From positions 30,001-62,000 of the forward strand of contig NC_018655.1 in the NCBI RefSeq assembly GCF_000299365.1: DNA of 32,000 bases. The letters run 5' to 3'. This document shows positions 17,604 through 26,445 of this stretch, piece after piece. The stretch's first letter is position 1; the number at the start of each line of letters is the position of its first letter. The DNA is from Candidatus Nitrosopumilus koreensis AR1 (GTDB lineage Archaea; Thermoproteota; Nitrososphaeria; Nitrososphaerales; Nitrosopumilaceae). The position numbers and the translations under genes are program-made. The notes beneath the pieces were generated by a model that saw nothing but the letters and a program-made list of their open reading frames with translations, was not told where the DNA came from and ran no database searches.

Positions 17604-18755
17604 ATGCTTAGTGTAATGGGGGGAACAAAAGTTGTTGTTTATGGTCTTAGTACAGAAGGATATGCTATTGCATCACAAATGGCCATTAAAGGAGCCGATG
17701 TTTACATAATTGATGAATCGACCCCGTCTGCAATTTCACTAAAAGCAGAAATTGCAAAAACTTATCCTAATGTAGCATCTCTAAAAGAAGATGAACCACT
17801 ATTGTCTATGGAACCAATAGAAGTGGCAATTTCCAAAGCTCAATATCTCTTCTTTACTCCCAGAATCAGAAAAACTGGACAAGATATAAAAACTGAAATT
17901 CATTCAAAATTCAAGGATGCAACTACCTCTTTAAAGAAAAAAAGTTCTGTTGTTTTTACTCTTCCAACAGGATTTGGTGGGAATAATGAAAATATTTCTT
18001 TACTTGAACATGTCACGGGACTTGAAGTCGGAAAGCATATCTCATATTTTTATTATCCTTTAGAAGGTACTGATCAACAACCAAAAATTATTGGTTCTTT
18101 CAATGGCAAAAAAGATCCTGTTTTGTCTGATTTATTGACTACTGGAAAAAAAGAAAAAATTTTTGTTGCAATTTCATCCTCTGAGCATTTTCATGCAATT
18201 AACATTCTTTCAAGATTTTCAAGTCTGTGTAGTGTATTAGAAGTTTGTAAATATGCACAAGACGAAATCACTAAAAATGATTTATCTTCAGATGATTTTC
18301 AAGAAATATTCCTCGATGATATGGTTGCTGGTTTATTAGATCTTAAATCTTTAGGCTCATCTTTTGAGGGTGCAAATACTCTCATGTATCTGATTAATGG
18401 AAGTGTCAAGGGAATTGATGGCTACATAAAACGATTGATAGATGAAATACGTACAACATTAAAGAAAAATGATCTTAAGGCCAGCAGAACTAAAATTGCA
18501 TTATCTTGGACACTTGATCAACATTCGATGCGTGGAGATAAAATTGAAATGCTTCAAAATCTGACTTCAAGATTACGTGATTATATTGGTGATGTTGAGG
18601 CATATGAGGATCCGAACTTTGATTTGTTTCACAGCGATAAAACAACGATTGTTGTAGCTTGTTCAAAATCTGATCTTGAAAATATTAAAAAAACTAAACA
18701 AGATTCTGATTTGATTATTGTCAAAGCAAATCCTTTATGCGAAACAACCCAATAA
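17604..18755 (+). CDS. divergent UDP-sugar-dehydrogenase-like protein without recognisable catalytic Cys motif
   Basis: 383 aa. N-terminal KVVVYGLSTEGYAIASQMAIKGADVYIIDE (degenerate GxGxxG Rossmann), VVFTLPTGFGG (compare STVPPGTT), and C-terminal KIALSWTLDQHSMRGDK...AYEDPNF resembling the UDP-binding domain. Assignment from motif memory only. Confidence 0.4.
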   Translation: MLSVMGGTKVVVYGLSTEGYAIASQMAIKGADVYIIDESTPSAISLKAEIAKTYPNVASLKEDEPLLSMEPIEVAISKAQYLFFTPRIRKTGQDIKTEIHSKFKDATTSLKKKSSVVFTLPTGFGGNNENISLLEHVTGLEVGKHISYFYYPLEGTDQQPKIIGSFNGKKDPVLSDLLTTGKKEKIFVAISSSEHFHAINILSRFSSLCSVLEVCKYAQDEITKNDLSSDDFQEIFLDDMVAGLLDLKSLGSSFEGANTLMYLINGSVKGIDGYIKRLIDEIRTTLKKNDLKASRTKIALSWTLDQHSMRGDKIEMLQNLTSRLRDYIGDVEAYEDPNFDLFHSDKTTIVVACSKSDLENIKKTKQDSDLIIVKANPLCETTQ

Positions 18756-18758
18756 TGG

Positions 18759-18766
18759 TATAAATT
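18759..18766 (+). promoter_or_regulatory. TATA box (tataaatt) of the grpE-dnaK-dnaJ operon
   Basis: Centred about 28 nt upstream of the TTG at 18791. No SD-like element before grpE, whereas the downstream genes have them. Confidence 0.4.
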
Positions 18767-18790
18767 AGCTAAACTAGTATTCTGTTTGAA

Positions 18791-19342
18791 TTGTCTACTG
18801 ATAATGAATCCGATGAAATCCCTGTAGATGTTGTTTCTGAGAATGAAGACTCTATTCAAGAATCTGAGTCTTCAGATACAATGAAAGAAAACTTTTCAGA
18901 GTTATTGGATGTAGAAAAACAAAAAACTACAGAATGTGAAGAAAAACTAAAACGCATTTTAGCAGACTTTCAAAATCTTACTAGAAAGACACAATCTGAT
19001 ATTGAAAATGGTGTTAATGCTAAAGTAGATGAATTTGTATTGGATTTTTTAAAAATTTATGATGACTTTATTCGTGCTAGGGATGTTTTTTCTCAAAATA
19101 AAATCAACACCGAAGGTCTTGATTCAATTTTAAAAAATATGGATTACTTATTAAAAAAATACGATATATCTCCAATTGATGCGTTGGGAGAAATTTTTGA
19201 TCCCAATCTTCATGAAGCAATATCTGTTATTACTGATCCTGATTTAGATGACAATACAATCACCAAAGAGATCAGGAAAGGATATATTTCTCAAAAGAGG
19301 GTTATAAGACCAACATTAGTAGAAATTTCAAAAAAAGGATGA
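18791..19342 (+). CDS. grpE: nucleotide exchange factor GrpE
   Basis: 183 aa. Acidic N-terminus, coiled-coil region, and C-terminal GEIFDPNLHEAIS, which is the GrpE signature (FDPN.HEA). TTG start at 18791; the alternative in-frame ATG is at 18881. Confidence 0.85.
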   Translation: MSTDNESDEIPVDVVSENEDSIQESESSDTMKENFSELLDVEKQKTTECEEKLKRILADFQNLTRKTQSDIENGVNAKVDEFVLDFLKIYDDFIRARDVFSQNKINTEGLDSILKNMDYLLKKYDISPIDALGEIFDPNLHEAISVITDPDLDDNTITKEIRKGYISQKRVIRPTLVEISKKG

Positions 19343-19351
19343 TGATTAAAA

Positions 19352-21226
19352 ATGGCTAAAGTAATAGGTATCGATTTAGGAACAAGTAACTCTGCTGCTG
19401 CAGTAATGATGGGTGGAAAACCAACAATTATTCCAGCAGCTGAAGGTCAAACTGCAGCCGGAAAAGCATTCCCATCAGTAGTAGCTTTCTCTAAAGATGG
19501 TGAACTTTTGGTTGGCGAACCTGCTCGTAGACAGGCAGTTACAAATCCGGATAATACCATAGTTGCAGCAAAAAGAAAAATGGGCTCTGATTATACTTTT
19601 AAAATTCAAGATAAGGAATACAAACCTCAACAAATCTCTTCATTTATTCTACAAAAAATAAAAAAAGATGCCGAAGCATTCATTGGCGAATCTGTTGAGA
19701 AAGCGGTTATTACAGTTCCCGCATATTTTGATGACAATCAACGTCAAGCAACAAAAGATGCAGGAACAATCGCAGGTCTTGATGTTGTTAGAATAATTAA
19801 TGAACCCACTGCTGCTTCTTTAGCATTTGGATTAGATAAAGCAAAAGAAGACATGAAGATACTTGTCTTTGATTTTGGTGGTGGAACATTAGATGTTACT
19901 ATCATGGAAATGGGAGGTGGTGTTTTTGAAGTAATGAGTACGTCTGGAGATACTCAATTAGGAGGAACTGATATGGATAAAGTTTTGATTGATTACATTG
20001 TTGATGAATTCAAGAAAAAAGAAGGGGTTGATCTTTCTCAAGATACAACTGCAATGACAAGAATAAGAGAAGCAGCAGAAAAAGCAAAAATTGAATTGTC
20101 TACTGTAATGGAAACTGAAGTTAATCTGCCATTTATTGCACATGATCCTTCATCAGGCGCAAAGAATCTTGAATTAAGATTAACTAGATCTAAACTCGAT
20201 GAATTAATTGGACCTATTGTTGATCGTTGTAAACCTTCTATACAAAAAGCACTTGAAGATGCAAAACTCTCAAGTTCTGATATTGACAAAATAGTAATGA
20301 TTGGTGGTCCAACAAGAATTCCACTAGTTAAAAAATTTGTCAGTGGAGTTATAGGAAAGGAAGTTGAATCAGGCGTTGATCCTATGGAGGCAGTAGCAAT
20401 GGGAGCTGCAATCCAAGCAGGAATTATTGCTGGTGATGTTACTAGTGACATTGTTCTGTTAGATGTAACTCCATTAACTTTAGGAATTGAAACGCTTGGA
20501 GGTGTTCGAGAACCATTAATTGAAAGAAATACTACTATTCCAACTTCAAAAAGTAAAGTGTTTACAACTGCAGCTGATAATCAAACAGCTGTCACTATTC
20601 ATGTTGTACAAGGTGAAAGACCTATGGCCACAGACAATGTCTCCTTAGGTAGCTTTAATCTTACTGATTTACCTCCTGCTCCAAGAGGCGTTCCTCAAAT
20701 TGAAGTAAAATTCGATATTGATGCTAATGGAATCATCAATGTAACCGCAAAAGATCTTGGAACTCAAAAGGAAGCAAAAATTACTATTGAAACAAAAACC
20801 AAATTGTCAGAAGAAGAGATTAAAAAATTAAAGGAAGACGCTGAAAAATTCTCTGAAGAAGACAAAAAGAAGAAAGAGAAAATTGATCTTAAAAATGAAG
20901 CAGAAAGTTACATCTACACAACTGAAAAATTAGTTAATCATGATCTAAAAGATAAAATTTCTCAAGAGCAAGGAATCAAAATTACTGATGCTGTTAAAGA
21001 AGTAAAAGAATTTTTAGACAAAGAACCTAAAGAATTAAAACCAAAACTTGAAGCATTACAATCTTTAGTAAATGAAGTAACTACAGAACTATACAAGAAC
21101 GCTGCCCCCCCACCTGGTGCAGATGGACAACAAGGTGCAGATGGACAACAAGGTGCAGATGGACAACAAGGTGCAGATGGACAAACTACAGAATCATCTT
21201 CAAATGATGAAACAAAATCTAGTTAA
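19352..21226 (+). CDS. dnaK: molecular chaperone DnaK (Hsp70)
   Basis: 624 aa. [33 protein letters not shown] and [11 protein letters not shown] are canonical Hsp70 motifs. SD-like GGATGAT lies 8 nt upstream of the ATG. Confidence 0.97.
   Translation: MAKVIGIDLGTSNSAAAVMMGGKPTIIPAAEGQTAAGKAFPSVVAFSKDGELLVGEPARRQAVTNPDNTIVAAKRKMGSDYTFKIQDKEYKPQQISSFILQKIKKDAEAFIGESVEKAVITVPAYFDDNQRQATKDAGTIAGLDVVRIINEPTAASLAFGLDKAKEDMKILVFDFGGGTLDVTIMEMGGGVFEVMSTSGDTQLGGTDMDKVLIDYIVDEFKKKEGVDLSQDTTAMTRIREAAEKAKIELSTVMETEVNLPFIAHDPSSGAKNLELRLTRSKLDELIGPIVDRCKPSIQKALEDAKLSSSDIDKIVMIGGPTRIPLVKKFVSGVIGKEVESGVDPMEAVAMGAAIQAGIIAGDVTSDIVLLDVTPLTLGIETLGGVREPLIERNTTIPTSKSKVFTTAADNQTAVTIHVVQGERPMATDNVSLGSFNLTDLPPAPRGVPQIEVKFDIDANGIINVTAKDLGTQKEAKITIETKTKLSEEEIKKLKEDAEKFSEEDKKKKEKIDLKNEAESYIYTTEKLVNHDLKDKISQEQGIKITDAVKEVKEFLDKEPKELKPKLEALQSLVNEVTTELYKNAAPPPGADGQQGADGQQGADGQQGADGQTTESSSNDETKSS
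21116..21184 (+). repeat. perfect 18-nt tandem repeat (ggtgcagatggacaacaa, 3 full copies plus 15 nt) inside the dnaK 3' end
   Basis: Read directly. Encodes (GADGQQ)x3-GADGQ in the C-terminal tail after PPP. Confidence 0.95.
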
Positions 21227-21339
21227 TTCTCTAAATTCAACCATTTATACAGCAATTAGAATAAAGGAATGATTCATGTCTGCAAAACGAGATTATTATG
21301 AAGTTTTAGGAGTATCTAAATCATCTTCAAATGATGAAA
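21192..21339 (+). repeat. pair of 21-nt perfect direct repeats (aatcatcttcaaatgatgaaa) at 21192-21212 and 21319-21339
   Basis: Checked base by base. Copy 1 is in the dnaK tail (ESSSNDET) and copy 2 in the dnaJ J-domain (KSSSNDEI). Both are read in the same codon phase. Confidence 0.95.
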
Positions 21340-22361
21340 TCAAAAAACAATATAGGAAATTAGCATTAAAATTCCATCCTGATCGAAATCAATCTGCTGA
21401 AGCTGCAGAGCATTTTAAAGAAATTTCTGAAGCATATGCAGTTCTTTCTGATACTGAGAAAAGGCAACTTTATGATCAACATGGTCATGCAGGTGTAGAT
21501 GGAAGATATTCGAGCGAAGATATTTTTCAGGGTGCAAGAGGTGATTTCAGCGATATATTTGGTCGTGGAGGCGGCGGATTTGATTCCATTTTCGAATCAA
21601 TATTTGGTCGTGGAGGCGGCGGATTTGGATTTGGTCAAGAAAGGGGTTCTGACATTCTCTATCAAACATCAATAACATTAGAAGATGTTTTACATGGCAA
21701 ACAAATGGAAATTGAGCTACAAAAACAAATTCAATGTGATACATGTAGTGGTTCAGGATGTAAACCTGGAACTGATAAAAAAACATGTTCTTCATGTAAT
21801 GGACAAGGTCAAGTAAGACAAACACGAAATATGGGATTTGCATCATTTGTTACTGCAGCGCCATGTTCTTCATGTAGAGGGCAAGGCTCAATTATTGAAA
21901 CACCATGTGGTGATTGTAAAGGCCAGGGAAAGAAAAAAGGTACAAAAAAAGTTACGTTTGATATTCCACCTGGAATTGATTCAGGCGATTATACTGTACC
22001 AAATGAAGGAAATGAAGTGCCTGGAGGTTCTAATGGTGATCTGATTGTTAGAATTAGAGTACAACCTCATTCACAATTCAACCGAGATGGAAAAGATATT
22101 TTCTATGATCAAGATGTTTCTATGGTTGATGCAGCATTAGGGTGTGAAGTTACTGTTCCAACTTTAGAGGGAACTGAAAAAATTAAAGTTGATTCTGGAA
22201 GCCAACCAAACACAATTATCAAATTAAAAGGAAAGGGCGTACCTCACATCAATTCTAGGGGTAGAGGAGACCAGTATGTTAGAATTGTAGTAAACATTCC
22301 TCAAAAACTTACCAAACATCAAAAAAATCTTCTTGATGAATTTAAACAAACTAGTGATTAA
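21276..22361 (+). CDS. dnaJ: co-chaperone DnaJ (type I Hsp40)
   Basis: 361 aa. J-domain DYYEVLGV...KFHPDRN, G/F-rich linker, and four CxxCxGxG zinc-finger repeats ([32 protein letters not shown]). SD-like GGAATGATT immediately upstream. Confidence 0.95.
   Translation: MSAKRDYYEVLGVSKSSSNDEIKKQYRKLALKFHPDRNQSAEAAEHFKEISEAYAVLSDTEKRQLYDQHGHAGVDGRYSSEDIFQGARGDFSDIFGRGGGGFDSIFESIFGRGGGGFGFGQERGSDILYQTSITLEDVLHGKQMEIELQKQIQCDTCSGSGCKPGTDKKTCSSCNGQGQVRQTRNMGFASFVTAAPCSSCRGQGSIIETPCGDCKGQGKKKGTKKVTFDIPPGIDSGDYTVPNEGNEVPGGSNGDLIVRIRVQPHSQFNRDGKDIFYDQDVSMVDAALGCEVTVPTLEGTEKIKVDSGSQPNTIIKLKGKGVPHINSRGRGDQYVRIVVNIPQKLTKHQKNLLDEFKQTSD
21555..21627 (+). repeat. 28-nt perfect direct repeat (atatttggtcgtggaggcggcggatttg) at 45-nt spacing in the dnaJ G/F region
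   Basis: 21555-21582 equals 21600-21627. Encodes IFGRGGGGF twice. Confidence 0.9.
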
Positions 22362-22367
22362 CTGACT

Positions 22368-22901
22368 ATGAAGATTGCATTAGATGTTGATGGTGTACTT
22401 GCTGATGTAATTCAATTGTGGTTAAATTATAGTAATTCAATCAGGCCAGAAATTCAGAAGCATGATATTACTGATTGGGATTTTTGGAAAAAATTTGAAA
22501 TTAATCGCTATGACTTTTATGCTGAATTGAGTTCGTGTTGGAAAAATTGGATCTCAATCCCGCCCACCGAAGAAAATTTAGCATCCATCACAAAAAATCT
22601 CTCTGATCTTGGTCAGGTGGATGTTGTTACTGCAAGAGAACGTTCTACTGATTCTTTTGTAAAGAACTGGCTAAAACACCACAAAATTTCTTTTGATAAT
22701 TATGTTTCAGTAATTGATGGTCCTATGAAGGCTGATTTGGATTATGATGTTTTTATTGATGATTCACCATTAAATGCACAAAAATTTCTACAAAATAAGA
22801 AAAAGGTAATTCTATACTCTCAACCATGGAACCAACATGTTGTTGGAAATAATGTTCATAGAATTTCAAGTCTTTCTGAAGCAATTAAAAAATTAAGTTA
22901 A
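22368..22901 (+). CDS. HAD-superfamily 5'(3')-deoxyribonucleotidase-like protein (NT5C family)
   Basis: 177 aa. HAD motif I DVDGVLAD at the N-terminus, VVTAR (motif II-like) and FIDDSP (motif IV-like). Starts 6 nt after the dnaJ stop, with GTGAT 9 nt upstream. Confidence 0.7.
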   Translation: MKIALDVDGVLADVIQLWLNYSNSIRPEIQKHDITDWDFWKKFEINRYDFYAELSSCWKNWISIPPTEENLASITKNLSDLGQVDVVTARERSTDSFVKNWLKHHKISFDNYVSVIDGPMKADLDYDVFIDDSPLNAQKFLQNKKKVILYSQPWNQHVVGNNVHRISSLSEAIKKLS

Positions 22902-23062
22902 TCTTTTACAAATTTTTTAATATTTACTTGATGTCCTTTTCTTACATGAGTTGAATGAGTTGTCTTTAACAACTCTGAAATTTTATCATCATCGTAAAAT
23001 TTAATGTTATAACGTCCTAGCACTTTTTTACAATTCATACAATAAACTTCTTTAAATTCCAT
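22898..23062 (-). CDS. candidate small CxxC/HxxH protein (54 aa), not in the ORF track
   Basis: Hand translation: MEFKEVYCMNCKKVLGRYNIKFYDDDKISELLKTTHSTHVRKGHQVNIKKFVKD*. ATG at 23062-23060. Its stop shares a TTAA tetranucleotide with the convergent HAD gene, as two other confident gene pairs here do. A/T box about 35-45 nt upstream. No homology evidence. Confidence 0.35.
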   Translation of the reverse strand: MEFKEVYCMNCKKVLGRYNIKFYDDDKISELLKTTHSTHVRKGHQVNIKKFVKD

Positions 23063-23131
23063 TTTGAATTGATAGCTGTTGTACTTTCAGTATAATAAAG
23101 AAACTTATTCTAGATTTCAAAAATTTATAGT

Positions 23132-23216
23132 GCGGGAGTCGCCCAGCCTGGTCAACGGCGTAAGGTTCAGATCCTTATCTTCTAGGAGTTCGTGGGTTCA
23201 AATCCCACTTCCCGCA
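23132..23216 (+). tRNA. tRNA-Leu (anticodon CAG)
   Basis: Hand-folded 85-nt class II tRNA: acceptor GCGGGAG/TTCCCGC, anticodon arm TAAGG-TTCAGAT-CCTTA, long variable arm TCTTCTAGGAGTTC, T arm GTGGG-TTCAAAT-CCCAC, discriminator A. No encoded CCA. Confidence 0.9.
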
Positions 23217-23220
23217 TAAT

Positions 23221-25125
23221 TCAGTTATTTTCTAATTTATTTTTGATATTTTTCAAAAGAAGTTTATTGATTGTTTCACCAGGTGCTTTACCTCTTAATT
23301 CTTTCATAGCAATTCCCATTAGAGGTCCAATCGCTCTTTCTTTTTGATTTTTTACAATTTCTTGGTTGTTTTCAACAATTTGATGACATATGTCCTCTAA
23401 TTCTGATTCATCTACAGTCTCAATTGAGGCGTAATTCATTGCATCTTCTATTGTCTGAGATTTTCCATTCATAATATTTTCGAAAATAATTTCAACTGAT
23501 TCTTTAGTGATTTTTCCTTCTTCCAAAAATTGAAATGTTTTTGTGATTTCTTTATTTTTTAGTAATTTTGAATCTAACCCATTTCTCTCTAAATTTGTTA
23601 TAGTTGAACATAATACTGATGCGACAAACGTGGGATTTACATTGGTTTTCTTAATTATATTTTCAAATAATTCAAAATAGTTTGAATCAAAAAGCTGTTC
23701 CGACAATTGGAGATTTAGTTGGTATTTTGTTTCTAGTTCTTTAATTGAGTCATCCCATGATTTGGGAATGTCCTTTATTGCGTTGTCTAGATCTTTTTTT
23801 GAAATTATTATTGGCGGAATATCTGTTTCTGGATACATTCTTGCTGCACCGGGTCTTGGTCTTAGAAATTTAGTCTCTCCGCTTTGAGTTGCTAATCGCG
23901 TATCAATTGGGATTCCTTCCTTTTTGATGTATTCAATCCTCAAAATTATCTGGTCTATGACCTGATTCATTTTTTCTTCTGGTGCTGCCAAAATTAAAAA
24001 TCCATCATTGTCATTGATTTCTAAAGTTTTTTTCAAATCCTCAATATCTTCATTTTCAATACCATAATTTGGTAATTCATCAGAATGAAAAACACCTCCT
24101 ATTCCAAAAAATCTGACTAGTTCTGCTATTTCTTTTCCCAATCTAATTCCCTCATGTGGTGTATATCCAAACATGCCTGACATATTTCTAAATGAAATCC
24201 CAAAAATTTTCTGATTTTTCTTTATGGCGTTTTGAACAATTTTTGATTTACATTTTTTAAATAACTCTGTGATATCTTTTCTATCTTTTTTATTGTGAGC
24301 CCAATCAATATTCTGTATTTTTTTTGAGATTTTTAACAATCCATGCTGCCTTTTAGCCTCATATTCTACTACTTTTTCTAACTGATCAAGTTGCTGAACT
24401 CCTTTAACTTCAATTACAACACTTCCATCTTGAATTGAAATATTAACATCTTGTCGAATTGAACCTAATCCTCTTTTTACCTTTTTGGTACTTCTTAAAA
24501 TTCTCCCTAATGTTAATGCGATTTTTTTAATTTCATATGGTTTTACTTCAAATGGTTCAGTGGCAATTTCAACCAAAGGTATTCCTAAGCGTTCTAAACC
24601 GTATTTCTTTATTGAACCATCTTCTCCCAAAATCTTTGCAGCATCTTCTTCAAGACAAATAGACTGAATTCCAATTTCTTTGCCGTCTACGTTAAAAGAA
24701 CCTCCTTGGGAAATTAGCATTGTACGTTGAAATCCTGTTGTATTTGAACCGTCTACAACTGTTTTTCTCATTGGATATATCTCTCTAAATATATTTGATT
24801 TTAGAGCTGATGCAATAACCAAAGAAATCTTCTTTGCATCCTCATCTAACTCGTGTGGTGGTTCTTCATCTTGCTCAACCAGACAGCTGCTTTCTGGGTT
24901 TGCAAAATACATTATGGTTTTTGATTTTGATTTTTCAAATAATGCCGCTGGGTCATATTCTCCTAATTCACTTTTAGCAGCACGTAATTTTCTTTGAAAT
25001 TTAATAGAATATTCATCTGTATCGACAGGTGTACAATTACAAAATAATTTCTTATTTGTATCTAGTTGTTGATGAATCTCAAGTCCTACCTTTACTCCTA
25101 ATCCATCTATTAAAAATTCTGACAT
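23221..25125 (-). CDS. gatE: Glu-tRNA(Gln) amidotransferase subunit E
   Basis: 634 aa. N-terminal GLEIHQQLDTNKKLFCNC and the GatB/E-like core, an AspRS-like insertion, and a C-terminal YqeY-like tail. Confidence 0.93.
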   Translation of the reverse strand: MSEFLIDGLGVKVGLEIHQQLDTNKKLFCNCTPVDTDEYSIKFQRKLRAAKSELGEYDPAALFEKSKSKTIMYFANPESSCLVEQDEEPPHELDEDAKKISLVIASALKSNIFREIYPMRKTVVDGSNTTGFQRTMLISQGGSFNVDGKEIGIQSICLEEDAAKILGEDGSIKKYGLERLGIPLVEIATEPFEVKPYEIKKIALTLGRILRSTKKVKRGLGSIRQDVNISIQDGSVVIEVKGVQQLDQLEKVVEYEAKRQHGLLKISKKIQNIDWAHNKKDRKDITELFKKCKSKIVQNAIKKNQKIFGISFRNMSGMFGYTPHEGIRLGKEIAELVRFFGIGGVFHSDELPNYGIENEDIEDLKKTLEINDNDGFLILAAPEEKMNQVIDQIILRIEYIKKEGIPIDTRLATQSGETKFLRPRPGAARMYPETDIPPIIISKKDLDNAIKDIPKSWDDSIKELETKYQLNLQLSEQLFDSNYFELFENIIKKTNVNPTFVASVLCSTITNLERNGLDSKLLKNKEITKTFQFLEEGKITKESVEIIFENIMNGKSQTIEDAMNYASIETVDESELEDICHQIVENNQEIVKNQKERAIGPLMGIAMKELRGKAPGETINKLLLKNIKNKLENN

Positions 25126-25133
25126 TTCTTCTC

Positions 25134-26423
25134 CTAGATTGACATTTCAGATGCAATATTGTCAAGCATAATTTCTTTTACATCTTCAATATTCTGAGTA
25201 TTCCCAAGGGCCCACATTGCTTTTACTAGTGCTACCTCTGAAATCATATTTTCTAGAGGAACTATGCCTAAATTTAGGAGATCTCTTCCACTTTCATACA
25301 CAGTCATTCTTACTCTTCCATCAATACACTGTGATGTCATGCCTAGAAACATCCCTTTTTCATTGGCTTTTTTTATGGAATCATACGTGACTCTTCCAAC
25401 ATGTCCTAACCCTGTTCCTTCAAAGATTATTCCCTTGTATCCCCTATCAATAATATGTTCAATTAATTCTGGATCATATCCAGGATAATACTTTACCAAA
25501 GCAATTTTTGTATCTAGGTTAATTTTTGGTTGAAATTCTTGAGTCTTGTAGAATTCTTTAGACATATTTTTTTGAATTTTTTCTTCTGCAATTATGAACG
25601 CAGGATCGTCCCCTACTGTTTGAAATGCTCCTCGTTTACTTGTATGATTTTTTCTAACTCTTGTTCCAATATGGCATGCAACAGTATTATCATTTTCATC
25701 ATTATGCATCACAATGTATACTCCTTTTGCTTTACTTTTTGTAATGAATTTTGTTGCTCCAATCAAATTTAATGCTGCATCAGATGATGCTCTGTCTGAA
25801 GATCTTTGTGAGCCAACTAAAACAATTGGAATTGGAAATCCTGCTAATGCAAATGAAAGAAATGATGATGTATAATGCATTGTATCAGTTCCATGAGCAA
25901 CAATGATTCCTAAATAATCTGAATTTGAATAACTACTAATTTTTTTTGCAATATCTAACCAGTTTTCTGGCATTATGTTTTCAGAATATTCTGATAACAA
26001 AACTTCCGCATCAATATTTGCAATTTTAGAAAGTTCAGGAACTGATGAATTCAATTCTTCAGCAGTTAACACTGGAGTAACTGCTCCTGTTCTATAGTCA
26101 ACTTTACTTGCAATTGTTCCTCCAGTTGAAAGTAGCAATATTTTTGGTAATCCTTCTATTTTGTTTATTTTTTCAGACTCATCAACAATTTTTTCTGAAG
26201 ATTGGATTTTCTCAACTCTCTTAATTTTTACAATCTCTAATCCGACATTATATCCACTCTTTAATTTCAAAACAATGTGTTTGTCATCGCTGTGCTCATA
26301 TCTGGGCATAATTATGCCTGAATACGTGATGTCTGAGAGAATTTTTACTGAATCGCCAACTATCACTTGATTATTCTTTAGAAATTCTAATGAATCTCCT
26401 TCATATCCCCTATATTCTGACAT
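25134..26423 (-). CDS. gatD: Glu-tRNA(Gln) amidotransferase subunit D
   Basis: 429 aa. Asparaginase-type motifs LLSTGGTIASK and VAHGTDTMHYT after an N-terminal GatD-specific domain. 8 nt upstream of gatE, so likely an operon. Confidence 0.93.
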   Translation of the reverse strand: MSEYRGYEGDSLEFLKNNQVIVGDSVKILSDITYSGIIMPRYEHSDDKHIVLKLKSGYNVGLEIVKIKRVEKIQSSEKIVDESEKINKIEGLPKILLLSTGGTIASKVDYRTGAVTPVLTAEELNSSVPELSKIANIDAEVLLSEYSENIMPENWLDIAKKISSYSNSDYLGIIVAHGTDTMHYTSSFLSFALAGFPIPIVLVGSQRSSDRASSDAALNLIGATKFITKSKAKGVYIVMHNDENDNTVACHIGTRVRKNHTSKRGAFQTVGDDPAFIIAEEKIQKNMSKEFYKTQEFQPKINLDTKIALVKYYPGYDPELIEHIIDRGYKGIIFEGTGLGHVGRVTYDSIKKANEKGMFLGMTSQCIDGRVRMTVYESGRDLLNLGIVPLENMISEVALVKAMWALGNTQNIEDVKEIMLDNIASEMSI

Positions 26424-26445
26424 TTACGAGAATTAGATTTGCTAT

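Noticed and set aside
18756-18790. Search for a CIRCE (TTAGCACTC-N9-GAGTGCTAA) operator or hrcA upstream of grpE
   Set aside because: No inverted repeat of that type is present and no hrcA-like ORF precedes grpE. Only an archaeal TATA-like box is seen.
20038-20451. 137-aa antisense ORF inside dnaK
   Set aside because: Long antisense open frames in hsp70 genes are a well-known consequence of codon bias. The sense strand encodes canonical DnaK motifs, and nothing supports separate expression.
21116-21184. Tandem repeat as a possible CRISPR or minisatellite locus
   Set aside because: The units are contiguous with no spacers, only 18 nt long, in frame, and inside dnaK. This is a coding tandem repeat, not a CRISPR array. 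No cas genes are in the window.
23132-23216. tRNA-Leu (and tRNA-Gln at 16385..16457) as integration sites of a mobile element
   Set aside because: There is no integrase, no transposase, no duplicated tRNA 3' segment that I could spot nearby, and no compositional shift. The flanking genes are housekeeping.
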